Source of the DNA: Amoebophrya sp. A120
Lineage: Eukaryota; Protista; Dinoflagellata
Length of the DNA stretch: 64,000 bases
Direction of reading: 5' to 3'
Assembly: GCA_905178155.1 (NCBI GenBank)
Contig: CAJINV010000002.1
Span: 12,964,480-13,028,479, forward strand
The notes below the pieces were generated by a model. It worked only from the letters and a program-made list of their open reading frames with translations. It had not been told where the DNA came from and made no database searches. The position numbers and the translations under genes were made by a program. Every line of letters starts with the position of its first letter. Position 1 is the first letter of the stretch. This document shows positions 35,701 to 44,407 of the stretch, in pieces.

Positions 35701-38347
35701 GACTCTGGCGTCTACTTTGTCCATCCGAGCCGCGGCGCGGCTGGGCAGCCGCGCTAGCGTGCTCGACATGCTCTCCTTGGGTAGCAGCATGTCCGTACGA
35801 GCGGCATCTCGTCTGGGCAGCAGCCTGTCGGTGAACACCCTCCGTTGTACGCAGGTCGGCCAGTGCTCGGTGGTGCAGTACGTGCACTGCGGTTCGTCCC
35901 TGTCGACAAGAAGCATCATGCGGTTCGGCTCTCGAATGAGCCTGTTCGACACCATCGCGCTGGGCTCCGGATTGAGCATCCGCGCATCCACGAGGTAAGT
36001 GCGTGCTTTGAACTTTTAGTGAAAGAAAATGTAAAAGAGCATCGAATGAATCAGAGTGAACCATTCGCATCAGATTGACACCGAGTGGTAGTGTTCTTGT
36101 TGATGGCGCAACTAACTGGAGTTGAGTTTAATGTGATACTAGTATGCGCAACTACTTCTAAGATTCATTTTCTTCTATCACATGAACTACAGGTTGGGCT
36201 CCGCGCTCTCGGTCCACGGAACGGGTGTCGTGGGTGGCGTCAGCATCATCGACCGCGTTGCGTTCGGCTCCTGCCTGAGTCTGCGCGGCATTGCAAGAAT
36301 GGGCTCAAGAGGCTCGGTGATCAACTTCCTGTCCCTCGGCTCGAGCATGTCCGTCCGGTCGTACACGCGACTCGGAAGCTCGCTGTCCATCGGTGCGGCA
36401 CCTGCAGCTGTCGGAGGTAATATTCTTGTTGAAGCCCTCTACTATTTCGCACTGATGCGCATTTTTCTCCTCGTCGAACGACAATGATTTTTCTTCTCCT
36501 TTTTAGTTTGTACGACCCGATAACGCTGACAAAAAAATGACTCACAGGTAAACTCTCCTTGACTTCTGCCCTGCACGTTGGCTCGTCCTTGTCGTTGCGT
36601 GGCAGAGTCAGAATGGGCAGCAGATGCAGCATTCTCAGTCACGTCTCGTTGGGCAGCACCCTATCGGTATTTGATTTTTTCCTTTAGTTCTTTCGCAGTT
36701 GCATCAGCTCGATCACCTTCTGCTGTTGTGCCTGAAATTTATTTTTAGAGAAAACACGAATCGATGATCCACTTTGTTTTCGTGAAAAAACGCAAAATCT
36801 TTTTGTCGCAAATTCCATAACAGCTCCGGACGTTTGGACGAGGACGGATCGGTGATGCGATGTCGATCCTGGACTTCGCAAGCATCGGCAGTGCGCTCTC
36901 CATTCGCAGCTTCTTGCGACTCGGCAGCGCCTTGTCTGTGAAAGGCACCATGCGCACGGACAGCACCTCAGGCACCGCTCGGGTCGTCAGCATCGACGGC
37001 AACGAGATCAAGGCTAATACCGCACTGATGACGGCCAACAACGGTTTAACGGGCACCTCCGGGTTCTCGACGGTTGCAACAGGCGACGAACCATCACTGC
37101 TCTTCAGCCTAACGAGCAACACCGCAATGAGTATAGAGAATTTGATTCATGATTTTCTTTTTGACGTACTGCTGAATATGTCGTCTTTGTCTTTCACCAC
37201 CGAAACTTGAGAAATACGACCAGCTTCTGTTCACAAAAACCATGAACCCATGTTCACAAAAACCATGAACCTCTTCAGGTATGGAATACGATATCGGCAA
37301 CACAAATGCGGTCTTTGGTCACTTGACTGGAACGTGGACCTTCGATAGCGGAAGTATCACCATGTCAGACCGACGCGTGAAGACCGACATTGCACCGCTA
37401 ATGCGCGAACTGATGCAATTGTCACAACAGGTACAAACTCGAAATAGCTGCTTTTTCTTTCACGACTCAAATCGACTGGCGCACTTCGTTTTCGCTTCTT
37501 TCCTACTTACGTTGATGTCATAGGATTGGTGTAGTTGCATTTGCAAATCCAAATGCTGAAGATAGACAATGGATTAGCGAACTATGTTTGAGTGATCTTT
37601 ACGTATCTATCCATACAAAAACGCAAAACACAGTCTCACGCCTCCGGAGCCAGTGACGTTGAGCAGTACAAGAGCGTGAACGCCACCAGCGGCGACCTCG
37701 CCACACTGAACGTGATTAACCAGCTGAGGCCGGTTAGCTACCACTACAAGGCGGCCATGGAGAGTAAGTACAGCCGATTCGGTTTTGTCGCCCAGGAGGT
37801 GCAGGAGGTGCTCCCCGCGCTGGTGGGCACGACGCCCTCGGGCTACAAGGTCCTGAACCTGAAGGACCTGATCTCGGTGCTCACCCTGGGTCTGCAGTCC
37901 CTGGACCGCGTTACGGCGGAAATGGAGGTCGCAATCGACGAGCTCAACGCCAAGGTCGACTACCACGAGGAGGTTTTGACCACCAGAATTTCCGCGGCCG
38001 AAGAAGAACTCTTTGGCGAACTCATTCACCGGCTGCTCCAAGAGGAACAGGTACAATGTTGATATATGCTCTGCTTCTACTAGAAAAGTGAACTATGCCC
38101 GCGAGAGTTGTACGGAAAAATGACAGAATCCGGCCCTTGTTTTTGCTAACCTGTCTTGCATAATACCGATTCAGTTTCTTTGCCAGAAAATGCAATCATC
38201 CCGAAACACACCACGCCACAGATTGAAATCCTGCCGGACCCTGCGATTCGCAAGATCTTGGGTAACGAAACGGCGGAGTGGTATTTCAATGCCTCGGCGA
38301 CGGATTTACGAAATCCGGACCGGCCAACAGCAGCCCTGACTCCATAA
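1543..38347 (+). CDS. Giant (>=~11,200 aa, 5'-incomplete) 12-residue-repeat fibre-like protein with C-terminal Peptidase S74/ICA autocleavage-chaperone domain; multi-exon
   Basis: Manually inferred exons: 1543-5762, 6014-30246, 30572-32964, 33127-33206, 34001-34252, 34430-34742, 34911-35064, 35201-35448, 35601-35994, 36193-36416, 36548-36666, 36824-37130, 37279-37430, 37634-38050, 38222-38347. They sum to 33,632 nt (2 nt partial codon + 11,210 codons including the stop). Junctions keep the frame, and within the repeat region the repeat register (e.g. QFARCG|SSMSV, SSVIF|NGASY, GFTR|LSSRASVLDY, RFG|SRASVLD). No N-terminus lies in the window. Confidence 0.88.
5763..6008. mobile_element. 246-bp TIR introner with 5-bp direct repeat GCGGA (non-canonical intron)
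   Basis: Ends are TATCCAATGCAAATATGTCTGGGTCTGCATGAG ... CTCATCCAGACCCAGACACTTTTGCATTTCATA. GCGGA lies at 5758-5762 and 6009-6013. Removing 251 nt exactly joins the two ORF frames. No GT-AG or GC-AG pair exists in any sliding position of the direct repeat. Confidence 0.9.
6014..30246 (+). CDS. 24.2-kb single exon (~8,080 aa of 12-residue repeats)
   Basis: Stop-free, GC-rich, continuous LGSSLS(L/V)R / SVLDF repeats, bounded on both sides by TIR introners. Confidence 0.93.
30247..30566. mobile_element. 320-bp TIR introner with 5-bp direct repeat ATCTT (non-canonical intron)
   Basis: Ends are TATCAAATGCAAAAGTGTCTGGGTCTGGAA ... TTCCAGACCCAGACCTATTCGCAGTTCATA. ATCTT lies at 30242-30246 and 30567-30571. 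Removing 325 nt restores the frame. Confidence 0.9.
30572..32964 (+). CDS. Third visible exon of the giant repeat protein
   Basis: The repeat frame resumes after the ATCTT direct repeat and ends at the GTATTT donor at 32965. Confidence 0.9.
33127..37130 (+). CDS. Nine short exons carrying the last repeats and the non-repeat neck (TDSTSGTARVVSIDGNEIKANT...)
   Basis: GC-rich repeat-coding blocks alternate with AT-rich GTA...CAG introns, and the phases are compatible at every junction. Confidence 0.85.
33328..33764. repeat. Intronic minisatellite, ~14 variant units of ~29-32 bp (core CCACCAGGACTT)
   Basis: Units such as CCACCAGGACTTTTTTTGCTCCGTGGTGTGTGA and CCACCAGGACTTCTCTTGCTGGTGGTGA alternate inside intron 33207-34000. 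Confidence 0.92.
33765..33903 (+). repeat. Diverged duplicate of the exon-end/intron-start segment 33182-33328
   Basis: CTTGAGCGTCCGAGGATTCAC(C/A)AGGGTAT ... TTTGATGCAATTGGTTTA ... GCAATAGACGTGATGG.GATCAAGATCTTCAC.ATTACGACGATG occurs on both sides of the minisatellite. Confidence 0.88.
37279..38050 (+). CDS. Peptidase S74 / intramolecular chaperone autocleavage (ICA) domain plus coiled coil, two exons
   Basis: Motifs ITM-SDRRVKTDIAPL (Ser codon 37365, Lys codon 37380), INQLRPVSYHYK, RFGFVAQEVQEVLPALV and LNLKDLISVLTLGLQSL followed by a heptad-like helix. Recognised by eye as the motif order of endosialidase/tail-fibre chaperones and the MYRF ICA domain. Confidence 0.85.
38222..38347 (+). CDS. 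Probable terminal exon (IEILPDPAIRK...AALTP*)
   Basis: Phase-0 donor at 38051. The A/C-rich acceptor CCACGCCACAG ending at 38221 matches the other acceptors. Alternative AGs at 38174 and 38186 give a different open frame and cannot be excluded. Confidence 0.55.
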   Translation: MEILPDPAIRKILGNETAEWYFNASATDLRNPDRPTAALTP

Positions 38348-41300
38348 TGGAGTAGAAAAGAAAAAAATAAAAGCAAAACCGACCTCCTGGCGAGGAGATA
38401 CGGTTGGAAAATGAAATAAAAGCAATCAACGCAAAGAAAAAACAATACGCAAAAACGAATTTAGGGCGTAAGAAACTAAGAAATAGAGCGCTTAATGTAA
38501 AAACAGTGTCACTATGCACAAACAATCAAGTTTTTAGCAGTGTCAGCAGAAAATATCAAATCAGTTTTCTATCGAATCAACCTATTTACAGCATTTACTT
38601 CTTCAACAACGGTATTTCTATTCACTTCAGCACTTCAGATTTTATGAGAACAAGAATACTACTCACTGTCACTTCTTCAATATTAAACCTAAAGCGATTA
38701 TAGCAAAGAGCAATGGTTTGGTTTGGTAGCTACAAAAAGATCTTTTCGGTTTACACTTATTCAACAAAAACTCTGTTTCGAAGGTCGAATTTCGGCCCAG
38801 AAATTAACGTTAGAGCGAAGAGGGTGAGGAATAAACTTCTATTCGACGCCGGGTCGCAAAACGGGTCTTCGCGAAGAAATATCTCCCATTTTTCTGTGCC
38901 GGGGTGGCGCTCGGAGTGTCAGGAATACTAGGGATTTGAAAGAAATCGCATTTGAAAGCAACAGAAGAAAACGTCGAACTTGCACGGGGTGGCGCTCATG
39001 TACAGTTAGACGTTTCTTCTAGGAAGAGGACTAGCAGTGACAGCTGATGTAGATTTTTTTCCTCGATGCCTTCTACTATCTATGCTCCCACTGAAATTAG
39101 CACAATGATATTCAACTACTACAAGAAAACCAGAAAAGACATGTTCACACTTTATGTCATTTTTACCTGAAAAAGCAAGCAGATTCTGATTTCGATCAGA
39201 CTCTGACTTCACAGCACACAGCAGATTAGACAAGTGTTACGAGCAGTGAGTACCAAACTCAACTCTTCTACTATTACAACTATTCGAGATACTAGGACAA
39301 GTATAAGCTACGATTGCTATGATTGCCAAAAAAAAAAAAGTTGTGTCACTACTATTACCTCGTCCTTAGCGCTAAAAGGACACCAATTTCTCCAAAGTGC
39401 ACGCGAAACAGTTCGAGTAATTTTCTTTTTCGATATAGTCAAAAATGTCAGCAGTAGTTGTAAACTCAAACTTTTACTTAATCTAGCACCAATAATTACT
39501 ATGCCCCTCATTGATGCTGTATGCGAGGCACCAAGATGAATTGGCGACCGTCGCGGGGCGGCAGCTCTATTTGATTTGATTCTGATAATATTCGCACCAA
39601 GGAAGATGTCCTCACTACTGACGCAGTAGATTCGATTCGATTGATATAGATTACAGCAATTTTCTGAGCATATTCTTTTGTTTACCTATATTCTTCTAGC
39701 ACAAAAAATTCGGAAGGATTCGTGGAGCACGCAGTTGTTCCAGAGACTTCTGATTTTCGGAAATACAAGATAAACATCGCTAATACGAAAACCAGTCAAG
39801 AAAAAGCTTGCGAAAGTGTTTCGATAAAATTTCGCAAGGAGTTGTATTCTGTCAACAAGCTCTATGACAAAGCACGAAAAAACAGTTTCACCCAAACAAC
39901 TTCATTCAAGAAATCTTTGTAATATTTATTAAGCTCGACCAAGAATCAAGCAAAAATAAAACCAGCACACGCCAGGACGCCCGAGGTTTCGCCAGGAAAC
40001 CGCTTTTTAGTAGACGCGATTGGTTGTTCATCTGTATGTGTTTCTTGTTCCTGAGCATTGGCTCCTGTTCTCGCCACTTTTTTTTCGTGTCGATTCCTGC
40101 AAGAGTTGTTTCAGTGTTTTGTTCTTTCCTTGTTTCCGTACCGATGTGTGCGCCACTGCAGTCGCCTGATCTTTTTCCCCGTGAAGCCTGATAGTTCCTT
40201 TGATGACTATGACTTGATTGTGGAGCAGGTTCATCTGAGTCGAGATCCACAAAGAACGGCTCTTTTTCTGTGATCATGGCACGTGATCTTACTAGATGGC
40301 GACTTCTAGTAGCCTCAAGGCGCGCCCGATCGCGCGTGTTAGTACGTTGGGGCGCCGCCAAGTTTGTCGCCGAAGAATGCTCCCGCGAAAAAATTTCAGA
40401 ACCGCCTCGGGTTCTTGGTTGCGGCTCTTCCTTGGCGGCTCCACCAAAACACGCCCGCCGCGTAGCGTCCGTGGCGAGGCGGCCAGCCCGTCCGGTGGGC
40501 CGGCAGGCTTCTCTGCTTGGGTCAGCCTGCTTCCTCGCGCGCGCGCTTGGGCGCACCGGCAAGCTGTTGAAGCGCCGCAAAAATTCAGACGCGGCGCGGG
40601 TTCTTGGTTGCGGCCCGCTGTGGCGCAACCAAGAGAGAAGCAAGCGGCCGGCCCGCCAGGCGAGCGCGCGCGCGCGGGTGCTTATGAGTTCGCCTGCTCG
40701 CGCGTGTTAGTATGTTGGGGCGCCGCCAGGTTTGTTTCCGAAGAGTGCTCCCGCGAAAAAATTTCAGAACCGCCCCGGGCTCTTGGTTGCGGCCCTTCCT
40801 TGGCGGCTCCACCAAAACACGCCCGCCGCGTAGCGTGGCGAGGCGGCCAGCCCGTCCGGTGGGCAGGCTTCTTTGCTTGGGTCGGCCTGCTTCCTCGCGC
40901 GCGCCCGTGTGCTTATGAGTTCGCCTGCTCGCGTGTGTTAGTACGTTGGGGCGCCGCCAACTTTGTTTCTGAAGAGTGCTCAGTCGAAAAAATTTCAGAA
41001 CCGCCTCGGGTTCTTGGTTGCGGCTCTTCCTTGGTGGCCCCACCAAAACACGCCCGCCGCGTAGCGTGGCGAGGCGGCCAGCCCGTCCGGTGGGCGGGCT
41101 TCTTTGTTTGGGCCAGCCTGCTTCCTCGCGCGCGCGCTTGGGCGCACCGGCAAGCTGTTGAAGCCCCGCAAAAATTCAGAAGCGGCTCGGGTTCTTGGTT
41201 GTGGCCCCCTGTGGCGCAACCAAGAGAGAAGGAAGCGGCCGGCCCGCCAGGCGGGCGCGTGCGCGGGTGCTTATGAGTTCGCCTGCTCGCGCGTGTTAGT

Positions 41301-42886
41301 ACGTTGGGGCGCCGCCAACTTTGTTTCTGAAGAGTGCTCAGTCGAAAAAATTTCAGAACCGCCTCGGGTTCTTGGTTGCGGCTCTTCCTTGGTGGCCCCA
41401 CCAAAACACGCCCGCCGCGTAGCGTGGCGAGGCGGCCAGCCCGTCCGGTGGGCGGGCTTCTTTGTTTGGGCCAGCCTGCTTCCTCGCGCGCGCGCTTGGG
41501 CGCACCGGCAAGCTGTTGAAGCCCCGCAAAAATTCAGAAGCGGCTCGGGTTCTTGGTTGTGGCCCCCTGTGGCGCAACCAAGAGAGAAGGAAGCGGCCGG
41601 CCCGCCAGGCGGGCGCGTGCGCGGGTGCTTATGAGTTCGCCTGCTCGCGCGTGTTAGTACGTTGGGGCGCCGCCAACTTTGTTTCTGAAGAGTGCTCAGT
41701 CGAAAAAATTTCAGAACCGCCTCGGGTTCTTGGTTGCGGCTCTTCCTTGGTGGCCCCACCAAAACACGCCCGCCGCGTAGCGTGGCGAGGCGGCCAGCCC
41801 GTCCGGTGGGCGGGCTTCTTTGTTTGGGCCAGCCTGCTTCCTCGCGCGCGCGCTTGGGCGCACCGGCAAGCTGTTGAAGCCCCGCAAAAATTCAGAAGCG
41901 GCTCGGGTTCTTGGTTGTGGCCCCCTGTGGCGCAACCAAGAGAGAAGGAAGCGGCCGGCCCGCCAGGCGGGCGCGTGCGCGGGTGCTTATGAGTTCGCCT
42001 GCTCGCGCGTGTTAGTACGTTGGGGCGCCGCCAACTTTGTTTCTGAAGAGTGCTCAGTCGAAAAAATTTCAGAACCGCCTCGGGTTCTTGGTTGCGGCTC
42101 TTCCTTGGTGGCCCCACCAAAACACGCCCGCCGCGTAGCGTGGCGAGGCGGCCAGCCCGTCCGGTGGGCGGGCTTCTTTGTTTGGGCCAGCCTGCTTCCT
42201 CGCGCGCGCGCTTGGGCGCACCGGCAAGCTGTTGAAGCCCCGCAAAAATTCAGAAGCGGCTCGGGTTCTTGGTTGTGGCCCCCTGTGGCGCAACCAAGAG
42301 AGAAGGAAGCGGCCGGCCCGCCAGGCGGGCGCGTGCGCGGGTGCTTATGAGTTCGCCTGCTCGCGCGTGTTAGTACGTTGGGGCGCCGCCAACTTTGTTT
42401 CTGAAGAGTGCTCAGTCGAAAAAATTTCAGAACCGCCTCGGGTTCTTGGTTGCGGCTCTTCCTTGGTGGCCCCACCAAAACACGCCCGCCGCGTAGCGTG
42501 GCGAGGCGGCCAGCCCGTCCGGTGGGCGGGCTTCTTTGTTTGGGCCAGCCTGCTTCCTCGCGCGCGCGCTTGGGCGCACCGGCAAGCTGTTGAAGCCCCG
42601 CAAAAATTCAGAAGCGGCTCGGGTTCTTGGTTGTGGCCCCCTGTGGCGCAACCAAGAGAGAAGGAAGCGGCCGGCCCGCCAGGCGGGCGCGTGCGCGGGT
42701 GCTTATGAGTTCGCCTGCTCGCGCGTGTTAGTACGTTGGGGCGCCGCCAACTTTGTTTCTGAAGAGTGCTCAGTCGAAAAAATTTCAGAACCGCCTCGGG
42801 TTCTTGGTTGCGGCTCTTCCTTGGTGGCCCCACCAAAACACGCCCGCCGCGTAGCGTGGCGAGGCGGCCAGCCCGTCCGGTGGGCG

Positions 42887-44212
42887 TCAGGCGGACAGGC
42901 CCGGGCGCCTTCCGGTTCTAATTATTAACTAAAACCCGGCTAATTTGAAAGCGCGCGCGGCCCCTTTGTGTCGGGTTGGCTGTGTGCCGAATCTCGGCGC
43001 GCGACGCATTGGGAGCATTCAGCGCGTCACTGTTTCGCGGGGAGCCTAGTACTTCGCGGCCTTGCCGATTTCGCGGTGGGCGCCTCTTTCGCTTTGTGGC
43101 ATTGGCCCGGGCAGTTCGTCCCCCTTTGGCCTGGATGGCATGTCTCGCCGCTTTCTTGGGTGTGTTCTGGCTTGCCATTCGGTCAGTGGCCATCCCGGCT
43201 TGGCGCCTGTCTTTGTTTGTTTTGGGTCGGGTGTGGCAGGCCGGCGGCTTCTCTCCGGCCGGGGACTTCGTGTTCGGGCACGCGTTTTTCTTCCTCTTCG
43301 TCTTGGGGCGGTTTCGGGCGTGGGCATTTCAAACAGGGCGGCGACCCTGTTTGACATGCCCGCCAAAAGCTCCGGGAACACCTCCCGGAAAATTCTAATC
43401 TGCAATTCTAATTTGAAAATGGGCTGAATTAGAAGCGCCAAAACTCTGAATTTTGGCGCTTCTAATTGGTACCTAGTTTGCAGCTAATGTAGCAGCTAAT
43501 TGGCGCTAATTGGCAGGCTAATTTGCAGCGGCCGAAAAATCGTTACCGATTTCCCTGTGCAAAATTGCGTCGATTTTGCACAGGGAAATCGGGAACGATT
43601 TTTCGGCCGGGAATTTGGGGAGGCTCTGCAAATTAGATGCAAATTAAAGAGCATATTAGAAAGGGTTGCAAAAAAATTAGATTTCAGATTAGCCACCTGC
43701 TTTTCGGTGGGTCGGGGGGTGTTCCCGGACGCAAATTAGCCACGAAACCGGCGCGCGCCGGACGCAAGTTCGAAGACGATTCTAATTTGTGTCCTTTCAT
43801 TCTGGCCCGGCCGATGTTTGCCCGCCCAAGCCCTCTCTTCGAATTTGAATGCCCTTCGGCCGGGCCTTTGATTGGTTGGGCGCCGCGCGAATCGGCTTGC
43901 ATTGGCGCGATGAATTCCCTTGGTGGGTCTTTCTTCGTGTCCCGGCCGGGTTTTGGGTCGGGCAGGGTGAATGTGGCGTCTTCCCGTCCCGGGTTATTTT
44001 TTTTGCCTGATTTTGAGCCATGTTGATTCCATGACGCCCTTCAGCGGAACAACAATGGTCGGGGGGTTTGGTTCTTCGAAGAGGCACCACCCCCGGGTGA
44101 GGGTGTTTTGCCGGGGTGCTTTTTTCTGCGTCTGCGCCTTCTTTTGGTTATTAAATTAGCCAAATTTCAGAAGCCAATTAGAAAAAGAGGTCGCCCGGGC
44201 CTGTCCGCCTGA
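42887..44212. mobile_element. 1326-bp non-autonomous DNA transposon (MITE-like) with perfect 21-bp TIR and 6-bp TSD
   Basis: TCAGGCGGACAGGCCCGGGCG ... CGCCCGGGCCTGTCCGCCTGA. TGGGCG is duplicated at 42881-42886 and 44213-44218, and the satellite unit resumes in register. No transposase-like ORF is visible. Confidence 0.92.
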
Positions 44213-44307
44213 TGGGCGGGCTTCTTTGTTTGGGCCAGCCTGCTTCCTCGCGCGCGCGCTTGGGCGCACCGGCAAGCTGTTGAAGCCCCGCAAAAATTCA
44301 GAAGCGG

Positions 44308-44407
44308 NNNNNNNNNNNNNNNNNNNNNNNNNNNNNNNNNNNNNNNNNNNNNNNNNNNNNNNNNNNNNNNNNNNNNNNNNNNNNNNNNNNNNNNNNNNNN
44401 NNNNNNN
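44308..44407. other. Assembly gap (100 N) inside the satellite
   Basis: Run of 100 N with satellite sequence on both sides; true array length unknown. Confidence 0.99.

Larger units (their letters stand above)
32965..38221 (+). other. Cluster of 12 canonical spliceosomal introns (all GTA...CAG)
   Basis: 32965-33126, 33207-34000, 34253-34429, 34743-34910, 35065-35200, 35449-35600, 35995-36192, 36417-36547, 36667-36823, 37131-37278, 37431-37633, 38051-38221. All are AT-rich and 131-203 bp, except one of 794 bp. Confidence 0.85.

Noticed and set aside
37228-37271. 21-bp tandem duplication TGTTCACAAAAACCATGAACC in an intron
   Set aside because: Ordinary local slippage duplication with no further structure.
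35120-38150. CTAAC branch-point-like motifs 70-80 nt upstream of acceptors (~35125, 36112, 38146)
   Set aside because: Present in only a few introns, and some have intervening AGs; insufficient support.
1543-38347. Prophage, bacterial adhesin or contaminant origin of the S74-bearing gene
   Set aside because: It has twelve spliceosomal-type introns, some within the domain, and no other phage genes are nearby.
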